Assembly: GCA_964485795.1 (NCBI GenBank)
Contig: CAZAJQ010000002.1
Location: 65,043-129,042 of the forward strand
Source: an uncultured Gammaproteobacteria bacterium
Lineage (GTDB): Bacteria; Patescibacteriota; Patescibacteriia; VMEV01; CAZAJQ01
Direction of reading: 5' to 3'
DNA: 64,000 nt
Both the position numbers and the translations under genes were made by a program. Below the pieces are notes generated by a model. It was not told the origin of the DNA and searched no databases. It saw only the letters and a program-made list of their open reading frames with translations. Positions 56,121-64,000 of the stretch are shown here, one piece after another. How positions within the stretch are numbered: the stretch's first letter is position 1; each line of letters opens with the position of its first letter.

Positions 56121-57149
56121 TTAAAGCGGCGATATGGCACCCAGATAGAGGGTATTGAAATCTTTGGGATCGATCAATATCGGATGCCCGACACGCTTCG
56201 TGGGAAGAGGTGCGGTGCTCCATGTCTTGCCGCCATCAATCGAATGATAAAAATTCGTCAGCGTCGAGTAGTATATCTCATCGGAATTTTTGGGATTCAC
56301 GGACACGCTGAAAATGAACACTTTCCCTATTTCGGACAAAAGAGGAATATTCACCCAATTTTTACCGCCATCGGTGCTTCGGAAGAGGCCGTAATTGGAA
56401 GCATAGAGTATTCCGTCTTTTTGATTCGCATCCGGCTGCATATCGCGATAAATCCACGCTTCAAAAAGCCCTTCCAAACTCTGGCTGACATTGTCCCATG
56501 TCTCACCGGCATTGGAGCTGCGATAGATGCCGCGCTCGGTGAGAGCAACATAGATGATGCGAGTGTCACGCTCGTTGATGACGATACGCTCGATCTTGTC
56601 CAAAAATTTTTGCAAAAGCCTCCAGCTTTTCCCGCCGTCTTCGCTAGCGAGCAAACTGCCGTTTGAAAGCGACGCATACACTTTTTCCGGATTGTACCCG
56701 TCAATCTGAAAATCCGTCACCAAATCCTGATTCGTATCCGTATAGAGAAGCTCCCATGCATTCCCGCCATCCTTGGTTTTGAATATCTTCCAATCTATGG
56801 CCGTATAAATCACCTTGCTGTCTTTGGGATGAACCTTGATCGTTTGCACTCTGCCTTTATTCGTGAAAAAGGGTATCCACGTTTCACCGCCGTCTTTTGT
56901 CAGAAAGGCTCCGTCTTCGCGCGACCCCAGATAGATGATCTTGCTATCCTGCGGGTCAAACTGCATCGTGACCACATTCACCTTGTCAATCGCTAGAGTT
57001 TTGCGTCCTTGCTTGCCTATGAAAACCTTTTGCTCCCATTTCCCCCCCTTGTTTGAACTTCGAAAAACACCGCCGTCCTGCGTCTTTTGCACGGTAATGC
57101 AACCCGTCAACAAAAAGGTGCATAAGAAAAGAAAACATATTTTTTTCAT
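56121..57149 (-). CDS. BNR/Asp-box repeat lipoprotein (Ycf48/sialidase-like beta-propeller)
   Basis: Lipobox FLLTGC. At least seven S/TxDGGxxW repeats (TKDGGETW, TKDGGNAW, SEDGGKSW, STDGGKNW, SIDGGKTW...). Start set to the internal Met (MKKICFL) with a 4-nt overlap of holB. Confidence 0.7.
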   Translation of the reverse strand: MKKICFLFLCTFLLTGCITVQKTQDGGVFRSSNKGGKWEQKVFIGKQGRKTLAIDKVNVVTMQFDPQDSKIIYLGSREDGAFLTKDGGETWIPFFTNKGRVQTIKVHPKDSKVIYTAIDWKIFKTKDGGNAWELLYTDTNQDLVTDFQIDGYNPEKVYASLSNGSLLASEDGGKSWRLLQKFLDKIERIVINERDTRIIYVALTERGIYRSSNAGETWDNVSQSLEGLFEAWIYRDMQPDANQKDGILYASNYGLFRSTDGGKNWVNIPLLSEIGKVFIFSVSVNPKNSDEIYYSTLTNFYHSIDGGKTWSTAPLPTKRVGHPILIDPKDFNTLYLGAISPL

Positions 57150-58087
57150 ACTCGCTGTTTTTTTATTTGAAGAAAAAGATTTTGTAAAAGAAGGGGCTCG
57201 GACAAAGGGATCTTTTCCATTTTCCGTCTCCACTCCAAAATCCAATCGGCGATCATTTTATGAGAAAGGAGTCTCTGTTGTTTTTCAGAAGCATCCTCAC
57301 CCTGATCGCTCTCCAGAAATGATTTTCTCACGCGATGCAAAACAAAATCCATAACTTCAGAAATATCGTGATGCTTGATGATGTCCTGCTCATTGTCCAT
57401 ACTCCCCCGATCGAGAATATCGGAAACCAATTTCCAAAGCTTCAGAGCGTGTTCAAAATCATCCCTGTTTTCCGCATATCGTTTTGCACAACCGAGCTTT
57501 CCAAACGTAAGCTCCGCAATGTTTTTTGCTTCATCATCGGAACAGGACAAGTCTTTCAAAAAATCAAAGATTTCGACATCGGATGCGATCGAAACCGAAT
57601 ACTTTTGAGTTCGAGAAAGCATGGTGGGAAGCACGTTCGAAAGGTTGCTCGATGTCATCAAAAAAATCGTGCCGGGAGGCGGTTCTTCCAGAAGTTTTAA
57701 AAGTGCATTGCCCGCTTCAAGGGAAAGATGCTCGATGTTTTTCAGTATAGCAATTTTATACGAACCGAGAAACGATTTTTGATACAGGGTTTCCTTCAGT
57801 TGCCGTATGCGTTCGATGGGAATAAAAAATTTTTCCGATTCTTTTTCCAAAAAATAAACATCCGAATGAATCCCTTTTTCCATCTGCGAGCAATGTAAAC
57901 ATCGACCGCAAGGAACAAAAGCCTTTCCATCGGGTTTTTCGCACAGGATCATCTGGCAAAAACACCGCATCAGAGTCGATTTGCCGACATGCGAAGGGCC
58001 GGAAATCAACGTGGCGTGATGGATTCGCCGTAAACGCAATGCGAGTCGAAAAATATTTTTTTGCGTCTCATGACCGAAAACTTTCAT
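57146..58087 (-). CDS. holB: DNA polymerase III subunit delta'
   Basis: ...HATLISGPSHVGKSTL... P-loop-like, CGRCLHC zinc module and an AAA+ clamp-loader fold. 313 aa. Confidence 0.85.
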   Translation of the reverse strand: MKVFGHETQKNIFRLALRLRRIHHATLISGPSHVGKSTLMRCFCQMILCEKPDGKAFVPCGRCLHCSQMEKGIHSDVYFLEKESEKFFIPIERIRQLKETLYQKSFLGSYKIAILKNIEHLSLEAGNALLKLLEEPPPGTIFLMTSSNLSNVLPTMLSRTQKYSVSIASDVEIFDFLKDLSCSDDEAKNIAELTFGKLGCAKRYAENRDDFEHALKLWKLVSDILDRGSMDNEQDIIKHHDISEVMDFVLHRVRKSFLESDQGEDASEKQQRLLSHKMIADWILEWRRKMEKIPLSEPLLLQNLFLQIKKQRV

Positions 58088-58168
58088 AGTTTTAAAAAAG
58101 ATTCCCCGCTCAAGAAATCAACGGATAGACATCATGGAGTTATCCTGAATTTTACATCATGCCGTGCT

Positions 58169-59176
58169 CTACCGTGTCGCAAGGAGACTTCTTTTGTACG
58201 ACTCGAGATTTTCAAGGGCAACACCCGTGCCTTTTGCCACGCAAAGCAAGGCTTCATCGGCAACATACGCGCTGATTCCCGTGGCGCGGGTCAATAATTT
58301 ATCGATGTTGCGCAGCAAGCTGCTGCCTCCCGAAAGTATCATGCCTTTTTCGATGACATCGGCGGCCAATTCCGGAGGCGTCTTATGAAGCACGTCTTTT
58401 GCGGCGATAATAATGCCCTCAAGCTCGTTTTGAATGGCATCCGTCACATCGTCGGAACTCACCACAATGCTTTTCGGCAAACCCGAAAGCATGTCTCTTC
58501 CTCGAACTTTCATACTCAATTTGTCATCAATATAGAGAGCCGATCCGATCTGAATCTTCATCTGCTCGGAAGTGCGCTCACCGATGGCAAGTCCGTATTT
58601 CTTACGAATATGCTCGGAAATGGCCTGATCAAGCTTATTGCCTCCGATGCGAACCGAGGTGCTTGCCACGATCCCGCCCAGGGAAATGACCGCCATTTCC
58701 GATGTTCCTCCTCCGATATCGATGATCATATGACCGGATGCGCTTCCGATGGGAATATTGGCTCCGATCGCGGCGGCAATGGGTTCTTTGATGATATAGG
58801 CCGCCTTCGCTCCGGCGGCGATCGTGGCGTCAATGACGGCACGTCGCTCGGTAGAAGTGATGCCGGCGGGTACGGCCACCATAACCTCGGGACGAAAAAA
58901 ACGTATGCCTCCCAAGGCTTTATTGATAAAATAGCGCAGCATGGCTTCCGTGGTCTTGTAATCGGCAATCACGCCCTCTTTGAGAGGACGTGAAGCGATG
59001 ATGGTTTCCGGTGTTCGTCCAAGCATTTCCTTGGCTTCGAATCCGACGGCCATGACTTTTTTATCTCTTGTCGAAATGGCCACCACCGAGGGTTCATTGA
59101 TCACAATGCCCTTTTTGGGTACGTGCACGAGCACATTGGTCGTGCCCAAATCAATGCCGATTTTGCGAATAAACAT
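58169..59176 (-). CDS. mreB: Rod shape-determining protein MreB
   Basis: MFIRKIGIDLGTTNVLVHV... plus actin-fold phosphate motifs (DIGGGT). Confidence 0.95.
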   Translation of the reverse strand: MFIRKIGIDLGTTNVLVHVPKKGIVINEPSVVAISTRDKKVMAVGFEAKEMLGRTPETIIASRPLKEGVIADYKTTEAMLRYFINKALGGIRFFRPEVMVAVPAGITSTERRAVIDATIAAGAKAAYIIKEPIAAAIGANIPIGSASGHMIIDIGGGTSEMAVISLGGIVASTSVRIGGNKLDQAISEHIRKKYGLAIGERTSEQMKIQIGSALYIDDKLSMKVRGRDMLSGLPKSIVVSSDDVTDAIQNELEGIIIAAKDVLHKTPPELAADVIEKGMILSGGSSLLRNIDKLLTRATGISAYVADEALLCVAKGTGVALENLESYKRSLLATR

Positions 59177-59194
59177 GGTAAATGCGGATACGCT

Positions 59195-61099
59195 TTACTC
59201 AGCGAAAAATATCTCCACGCGCTTATCTTCACGCAAAGCACTGGAAACTTTCAAGGCCGTTTCGCCATCGAGCTTTCCATCAAGCTCGGATGAGAAGGAT
59301 TCGATTTTTTCTCCAAAATCCGCGGATAATGAAATCGTCGGATTCGTACCCGGCTGTTTCTGAACCATGAGTTCATAATGATTTTCACGAAGCGACGTTT
59401 CTATCGTTTCCGGTAGCACATATTCAAATTTCAAAACTCCCGTCTTACCCGGCTCAATGGAAATGAATCCGCCAAAATACGTCTTGCCAAATTCATCGGC
59501 CACCGTCACTTCGCCGGCCGCATCGCTTCTATCCGTATCCATCACTCCTTTTGAGGAAATCAGCTTGGCTCCCTTTGGCACATACACCCTCGTATAGGTG
59601 CGGTAGCGCGTGATACGCGGGTCAAAATTGCCGGTATGCGTATAAGTGATTTCGACTGACGCCACGAACTTCCCTTCTTGCTTCGCAACTTTGTATAGAA
59701 TGTCTCTCTTGATGACCGGATCGGTTTTCAAACTGCCGAGGTTGGCGTCAACGACCATGAGATAATCCCCATCCTGCGTATCAATGGTACCACCTCCCCA
59801 ATACTTCACGATATGCGCCTGATAGATTTCGTTGCGATGGAACATAAGAATGTCCTTTTCTTTCAAAGAAGTCTTCACCGCCGCCCAAATATCCGCAAGC
59901 TTCCCCAAAGGAAGATTTTGGATTCTCTTGATCATTTCGATAGCAATATCATTGATGATTTGTTTTCTCTCATCGTCGCTGGGACCGATTTCGCTGGGTT
60001 CCCTGCGATATTCGAGCAAGTCGACGAAGTTTTCCGGCGTATACACGATATTTTTCACAGTAACGTTTCCCACCACATTCATCACTCGCGCCACCGATGC
60101 GGGCATCACGGCAATCACCCCGTCAAACTGCAAATCACCACCCTCTTTGCGATAAAAATCCAATGCGCGATTGGCCGATGCCGGAAAATGCGGATCCCAA
60201 TTGGAGTCTCTCAGGTACCAATACGGGATGTCCAGATACCTCGCAAGAGGTGCCGGAGGGGTTTCCTGAAAGAAGTCTTTGGACGGAATATCCAGAGAAT
60301 AGATATTTTCCGTCTGAATATGCTCCACTTCTCCGGAATCAACGCGTACGATGCCGTAATTGCCGATAAAGCCTCCGGTGGGTCGAAGCTCATCGCTGTT
60401 TTGCAGGAGAAGAAGATAATTCTGCGAAACCGGATAACCGGATATGAAAGGAAACAACGTCGAAAAATCATAGGCTTCGGAGACGTATTGATGCGCTTTC
60501 TGCAATCCCGCGGTGAATTTGTTCGCTAGATTGCGAATTTCCGTATGAACTTTGGGATTTTGATCGATCTCGATGATGGCCACCTGCAATCGCTCGATGG
60601 AATCGTTGAGCTCGCCGATCAATGGAATGGATTCGGAAATTTTTCCCAAGATAAATCTCTTTTGATCCTTATCAAGCTCGGATACCGATATGGATCCTTT
60701 GTTCGTCGCTTCATAAATCTCGTCGAATTTCACCAAAAATTTATCGCCGGTGGACATGATCGAAAGCCCGTGCTTGAAAACCGAAGCAACGGCTTTGTAC
60801 TGCGCATTGTAAAAAGGAAGCAGACGAAAAATGAAGGTCATTTTCAGAGACCAATAGGCGCGTTTGAATTTCTTTTCCGCAGATCGAATATGTTCCGCGG
60901 CGGTTAAAAAATTATTTTTTTCCGAAAGCTCGGCTTTTGCGGCCGTAAGGTAATCGCGACCGTCATTGGTGAAATCATAGGTCAATTTCATCCCTATCAT
61001 TCCCAAAAATATGCAAAATACCAAGATGATCAAAATCACTGTGGTAAGCCTGTTGATGTCCTTCAACGAATAAAAAAATTTTTTGAGCGTGATAAGCAT
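59195..61099 (-). CDS. Hypothetical membrane-anchored extracytoplasmic protein (634 aa)
   Basis: Single N-terminal TM helix (TTVILIILVFCIFLGMIGM) and a large extracytoplasmic domain. Located immediately downstream of a processive GT2 gene. Family not recognised. Confidence 0.5.
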   Translation of the reverse strand: MLITLKKFFYSLKDINRLTTVILIILVFCIFLGMIGMKLTYDFTNDGRDYLTAAKAELSEKNNFLTAAEHIRSAEKKFKRAYWSLKMTFIFRLLPFYNAQYKAVASVFKHGLSIMSTGDKFLVKFDEIYEATNKGSISVSELDKDQKRFILGKISESIPLIGELNDSIERLQVAIIEIDQNPKVHTEIRNLANKFTAGLQKAHQYVSEAYDFSTLFPFISGYPVSQNYLLLLQNSDELRPTGGFIGNYGIVRVDSGEVEHIQTENIYSLDIPSKDFFQETPPAPLARYLDIPYWYLRDSNWDPHFPASANRALDFYRKEGGDLQFDGVIAVMPASVARVMNVVGNVTVKNIVYTPENFVDLLEYRREPSEIGPSDDERKQIINDIAIEMIKRIQNLPLGKLADIWAAVKTSLKEKDILMFHRNEIYQAHIVKYWGGGTIDTQDGDYLMVVDANLGSLKTDPVIKRDILYKVAKQEGKFVASVEITYTHTGNFDPRITRYRTYTRVYVPKGAKLISSKGVMDTDRSDAAGEVTVADEFGKTYFGGFISIEPGKTGVLKFEYVLPETIETSLRENHYELMVQKQPGTNPTISLSADFGEKIESFSSELDGKLDGETALKVSSALREDKRVEIFFAE

Positions 61100-61262
61100 A
61101 GGTATTGAAAAATGGTTATGAAATGTTTTTTTATAAAAAACCGAATTGGAGCCCTAAAATTAGCCTAAAATCTTTAAAAAGTCAAGGGACGTCACCGCTT
61201 TGCGTCGTGAAAAATCACCATGCGGTTCCATGCGAAATTGACGCTTATGCTTGCGAAATTTT

Positions 61263-62741
61263 TTATTTTCTTCCTCGGCTTTTCTCAGTCACCCAGAAGC
61301 CGAGATATTTTCCAAGCATGAGTCTGGTCTGCGATTCAATGGCAGGAATGGCTCCAAAAAGGATGAATGTAACCGGCAATAAAAACCACTGCAGGATCAT
61401 GGTGATGATCTTATGGTGGGGTTGGCCCATTGGCTTTGGAAGGAGGAGGAAAAGACTGATGCCGGCCGATGCGAAAATACCGATCATGGAGGCGCTCATA
61501 AGCCACTGAAGAACATAGGGCGCCGCCTGAGCCAATGCCGTCGCTTTCAACTCCGCGGGCGCAACGTAGAGCGGCAGATATCCAAGCAAAAAAAGCAAAA
61601 TTGGAGCTGTGGCCCATGTGTACATGCCTTCAACATGATTGAAAAGATACTTGATCTTCAAGCGAAACGGAATGGTGTTTGGCGTGAAAAAAAACTTTTC
61701 CATCATATAGGGAAAATGTTCCACGCCCCATGCCCAGCGTCTCTGCTGTTTATACAGATTTATCGCGGCTCGCAAAAGCGTGGGAGCCGTCACCGTATCC
61801 ATGGAAACCGGTATAAAAAGCGGGGTGACGGTATAGTCACCCTGATAACGGACAAAGCATTGCAAAAAAATCCTGCTGTCGTCCGTAACCTTGTCCTTTT
61901 CCCAAAATCCCACGTCAACCAAGGCTTTGAAAGGCATTGAATGCGACGAAAAAGTGAAAAGACGATCCGGCCTCGCCAGCTCTGTAAAAAGCCAAAATGT
62001 GGTGCCAAACGCTGAAATGCGCGTCACCATCGGAGCGTCCCAAATATTGTTGTTGTACAGCACCGCGGGCTGATACGAGGTGCGCAAACGATCCGGGTGA
62101 GACAAAAACGTCTGCGTCAAATGTGCGAAGTATTGCGGATGCACGACGGTATCCACGTCAAAATACGAAACGATGATATTTTCATAGGGTATCTTGATAT
62201 CGTCAATGTACTCCTGAGCCCTATGCCCCGCCCAATTCGCGTTGGCTCCCTTGGCTTTGATTTCTCCCCTAAGGTTATCGGGGTGCAGAGTGATAAGAAT
62301 ATGCGCGAATTTTGATGCGTATTTTTTTGAAATGGCTTTGGAAACTTTTGCAAAATGCTCCTTGGATCGCTCCTCCCCGGCCAGAACGACGATCATATGC
62401 TCTTTGGGATACTTCGAAGCCAGGAGCGCTTCAAAGGTCTCTTCCACCACTTCATAGGGCTCTTGATACATGGGAAGGAAAATGAGGTGACGTATCTCTC
62501 GCCAATCCGCGTTTGCGCGCAGCTTTTGATACCAATCCACCTGTAACGCTCTACGATAGGCGATCCAACCGTGAAAAACGAAAATGACGAAATACAAAAC
62601 GCGCAAAAGCCATAACAGCGAAAAAATGATGATAAAATAAATCACCCACAAAGGGGCGATAAATGAAAAAAGTATGGAGCATACAAAGGTAGTCCATACC
62701 AAAAAACCGGGAATGATTTCAAAAATTCTGTAGCGATACAT
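61263..62741 (-). CDS. Processive family-2 glycosyltransferase (cellulose/chitin-synthase-like, membrane-integrated)
   Basis: N-terminal TM helices. DVD (D.D) motif and QQRRWAWG (QxxRW) motif. C-terminal TM helices. Confidence 0.8.
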   Translation of the reverse strand: MYRYRIFEIIPGFLVWTTFVCSILFSFIAPLWVIYFIIIFSLLWLLRVLYFVIFVFHGWIAYRRALQVDWYQKLRANADWREIRHLIFLPMYQEPYEVVEETFEALLASKYPKEHMIVVLAGEERSKEHFAKVSKAISKKYASKFAHILITLHPDNLRGEIKAKGANANWAGHRAQEYIDDIKIPYENIIVSYFDVDTVVHPQYFAHLTQTFLSHPDRLRTSYQPAVLYNNNIWDAPMVTRISAFGTTFWLFTELARPDRLFTFSSHSMPFKALVDVGFWEKDKVTDDSRIFLQCFVRYQGDYTVTPLFIPVSMDTVTAPTLLRAAINLYKQQRRWAWGVEHFPYMMEKFFFTPNTIPFRLKIKYLFNHVEGMYTWATAPILLFLLGYLPLYVAPAELKATALAQAAPYVLQWLMSASMIGIFASAGISLFLLLPKPMGQPHHKIITMILQWFLLPVTFILFGAIPAIESQTRLMLGKYLGFWVTEKSRGRK

Positions 62742-62925
62742 GGGAATACAATTTCAAATATTCAGAGGGAATCAAACAAAACAGCCAAGAAGATGAAACG
62801 ACCCTTTCGTCAAATAGTATAGCAGGAATTCATTCCGCAAAAAATAAAAATTTCCACGGCTTGGGCCGGGATGTCTCGAATATAAAAAAATCCCCCGCAT
62901 GACGAAGAGGAATTTTTTTCCTGAC

Positions 62926-63633
62926 CTATTTACCATGTTCTGAAATGTCTTTTTTCAAAAGTTCCATCACCTCCTTGGCATGTTCTCTGCCTCCGAGACC
63001 GAATGCCAATCCAGCGGCCAATGCGACCATGGCGATAAACCCCGTGTACAGCGTCGCGATAAAATGCTGGGCGATATCCAGCTGCACCAGTGCCGCCATC
63101 GCCGCAAAAACCACCACCGCCCACTTTGCCAATCCGGCCAAAAGTTTTGCGGATCGCAATTCGGCCGCGCTCACCGATTTGTAGACGATTTGGAACATGA
63201 AATTGCCCAAAAGTATCCCGGCGAGCAAAATAATAACCGCGATGAATACATTGGCGATGAAATCCACTATGCTGCTGAGAAATTCATTGATCTGTTGCCA
63301 CTGCAATATGTCCGCCGAAGCCACCAAAAAAACGATGACGAGAAGCCACTTCGCAATCCATCCGAGCAATATCGCGACATTGAGCTTTATTCCGGCCTTG
63401 ATGAAACTTTCTTTGAGCCCGACATTTTCGATGAGCTCATCGATCTTCAAGGCTTCAACGATCTTTTTGATAAAATTCCCCACGAATCCCGCGATAAACC
63501 AACCGATGACAAAGATAATCACCGCCCCCAAAAAATTCGGCAAAAACTTAATGAAGGCAAGCCAAATTTCCTGAAATGACGATGTCAGAACTATTGCCCA
63601 AGCTTCAAGAATTCCTGTTTCCATACGGTTCAC
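62926..63633 (-). CDS. Small-conductance mechanosensitive-channel-like membrane protein (conserved TM-helix repeats)
   Basis: 235 aa with about five TM helices and repeated LxxxGxxhhhxxxxhxxh segments. Assignment by pattern only. Confidence 0.45.
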   Translation of the reverse strand: MNRMETGILEAWAIVLTSSFQEIWLAFIKFLPNFLGAVIIFVIGWFIAGFVGNFIKKIVEALKIDELIENVGLKESFIKAGIKLNVAILLGWIAKWLLVIVFLVASADILQWQQINEFLSSIVDFIANVFIAVIILLAGILLGNFMFQIVYKSVSAAELRSAKLLAGLAKWAVVVFAAMAALVQLDIAQHFIATLYTGFIAMVALAAGLAFGLGGREHAKEVMELLKKDISEHGK

Positions 63634-64000
63634 CTCCTTTCAATAAGGAATCAATTACCCATCCATGATAGCAGAGAAGGAAAAATACGCAAATGACGTT
63701 TTTTCCGTCATGATTGAAAAGAAAAAAGCGTTCTCCTTTGAACGCCTTTTAAGATTCCCAAACTTACAAAAAAAGTGCGGCATGTCGCTCTCCGATCTGC
63801 TCTCCGAGACGAATGGTCGCCTCCACCTTTTTTGGATCCCTCTCAAAGGTATCGGCGGCCGGCATCTCTTGCGGCGCGATCACGGATATCTGATGTTTTG
63901 CGATAAACTCCCAAGTCTCGCGCTGATAATCCGGATGCTTGCGAAACACAAACCAAAGCTTGGGGAACATGACAAACGCAAGAAGCTGCATCCATACGCT

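Noticed and set aside
1-64000. CRISPR arrays, rRNA genes, tRNA genes, transposases/integrases
   Set aside because: No direct-repeat/spacer periodicity, no rRNA-like conserved stretches and no transposase- or integrase-like ORF were seen. Intergenic regions over 70 nt were scanned by eye for tRNA T-arm signatures (GGTTCGAATCC-like) with no hits. Short structured RNAs could be missed without covariance-model tools.
63764-64000. 75-aa minus-strand ORF at the window end
   Set aside because: Possibly the 3' end of a gene extending beyond the window. No recognisable motif, so no call made.

Overview
The window is a gene-dense bacterial chromosomal segment, almost entirely housekeeping genes on the minus strand. 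Most core genes lack strong Shine-Dalgarno sites and many are stop/start coupled. Features, in order: secD (partial, crosses the window start), rpmA, pyrG, a lipid kinase, ctp, murA, and a gap-ldh-eno-HIT-rfbB-fdtA-like-rfbD operon. Then tsf-rpsB, secA, and a mur/fts cell-wall block (murC-murG-ftsW-murD-pgeF-mraY). Then iscS-like, alaS, mnmA, rnhA, recJ, lepA and surface-glycan genes (Wzx, GT4, ligase-like protein). Finally the rpsI-rplM-rplQ-rpoA-rpsD-rpsK-rpsM-rpmJ-infA ribosomal block, rseP, frr, holB, mreB and a processive GT2.

The standout is a roughly 5.3 kb accessory segment (about 32.2-37.6 kb) between alaS and mnmA that looks AT-richer by eye. Its genes carry strong GGAGG-type ribosome-binding sites and encode secreted or lipoproteins of unknown function. 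At its 3' side (37.5 to 36.2 kb, minus strand) sits a compact two-gene RiPP-like system: a radical-SAM/SPASM enzyme, then 73 nt downstream a 54-aa Cys-rich precursor-like ORF. That ORF has six cysteines (core GSQCSGKCGDNACNCNCNCRK), a strong SD, and its own hairpin plus U-run terminator. The ORF track missed it because it is under 60 aa, and a spurious antisense ORF masks it. I regard this as a candidate undescribed SCIFF/ranthipeptide-like peptide-maturase pair.

Other notable points: RpoA lacks a recognisable alpha-CTD and ends in an AT-hook-like KKKRGRPKK tail. AlaRS is short (no C-Ala domain). rpmJ (L36) is unannotated. A 24-bp perfect palindrome spans the tsf stop, and a GC-rich imperfect palindrome lies upstream of the alaS promoter. 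An HD-domain protein and an ACP-like ORF are inserted next to infA. I found no rRNA, CRISPR or transposase by eye, and a by-eye scan of the longer intergenic gaps for tRNA was negative.
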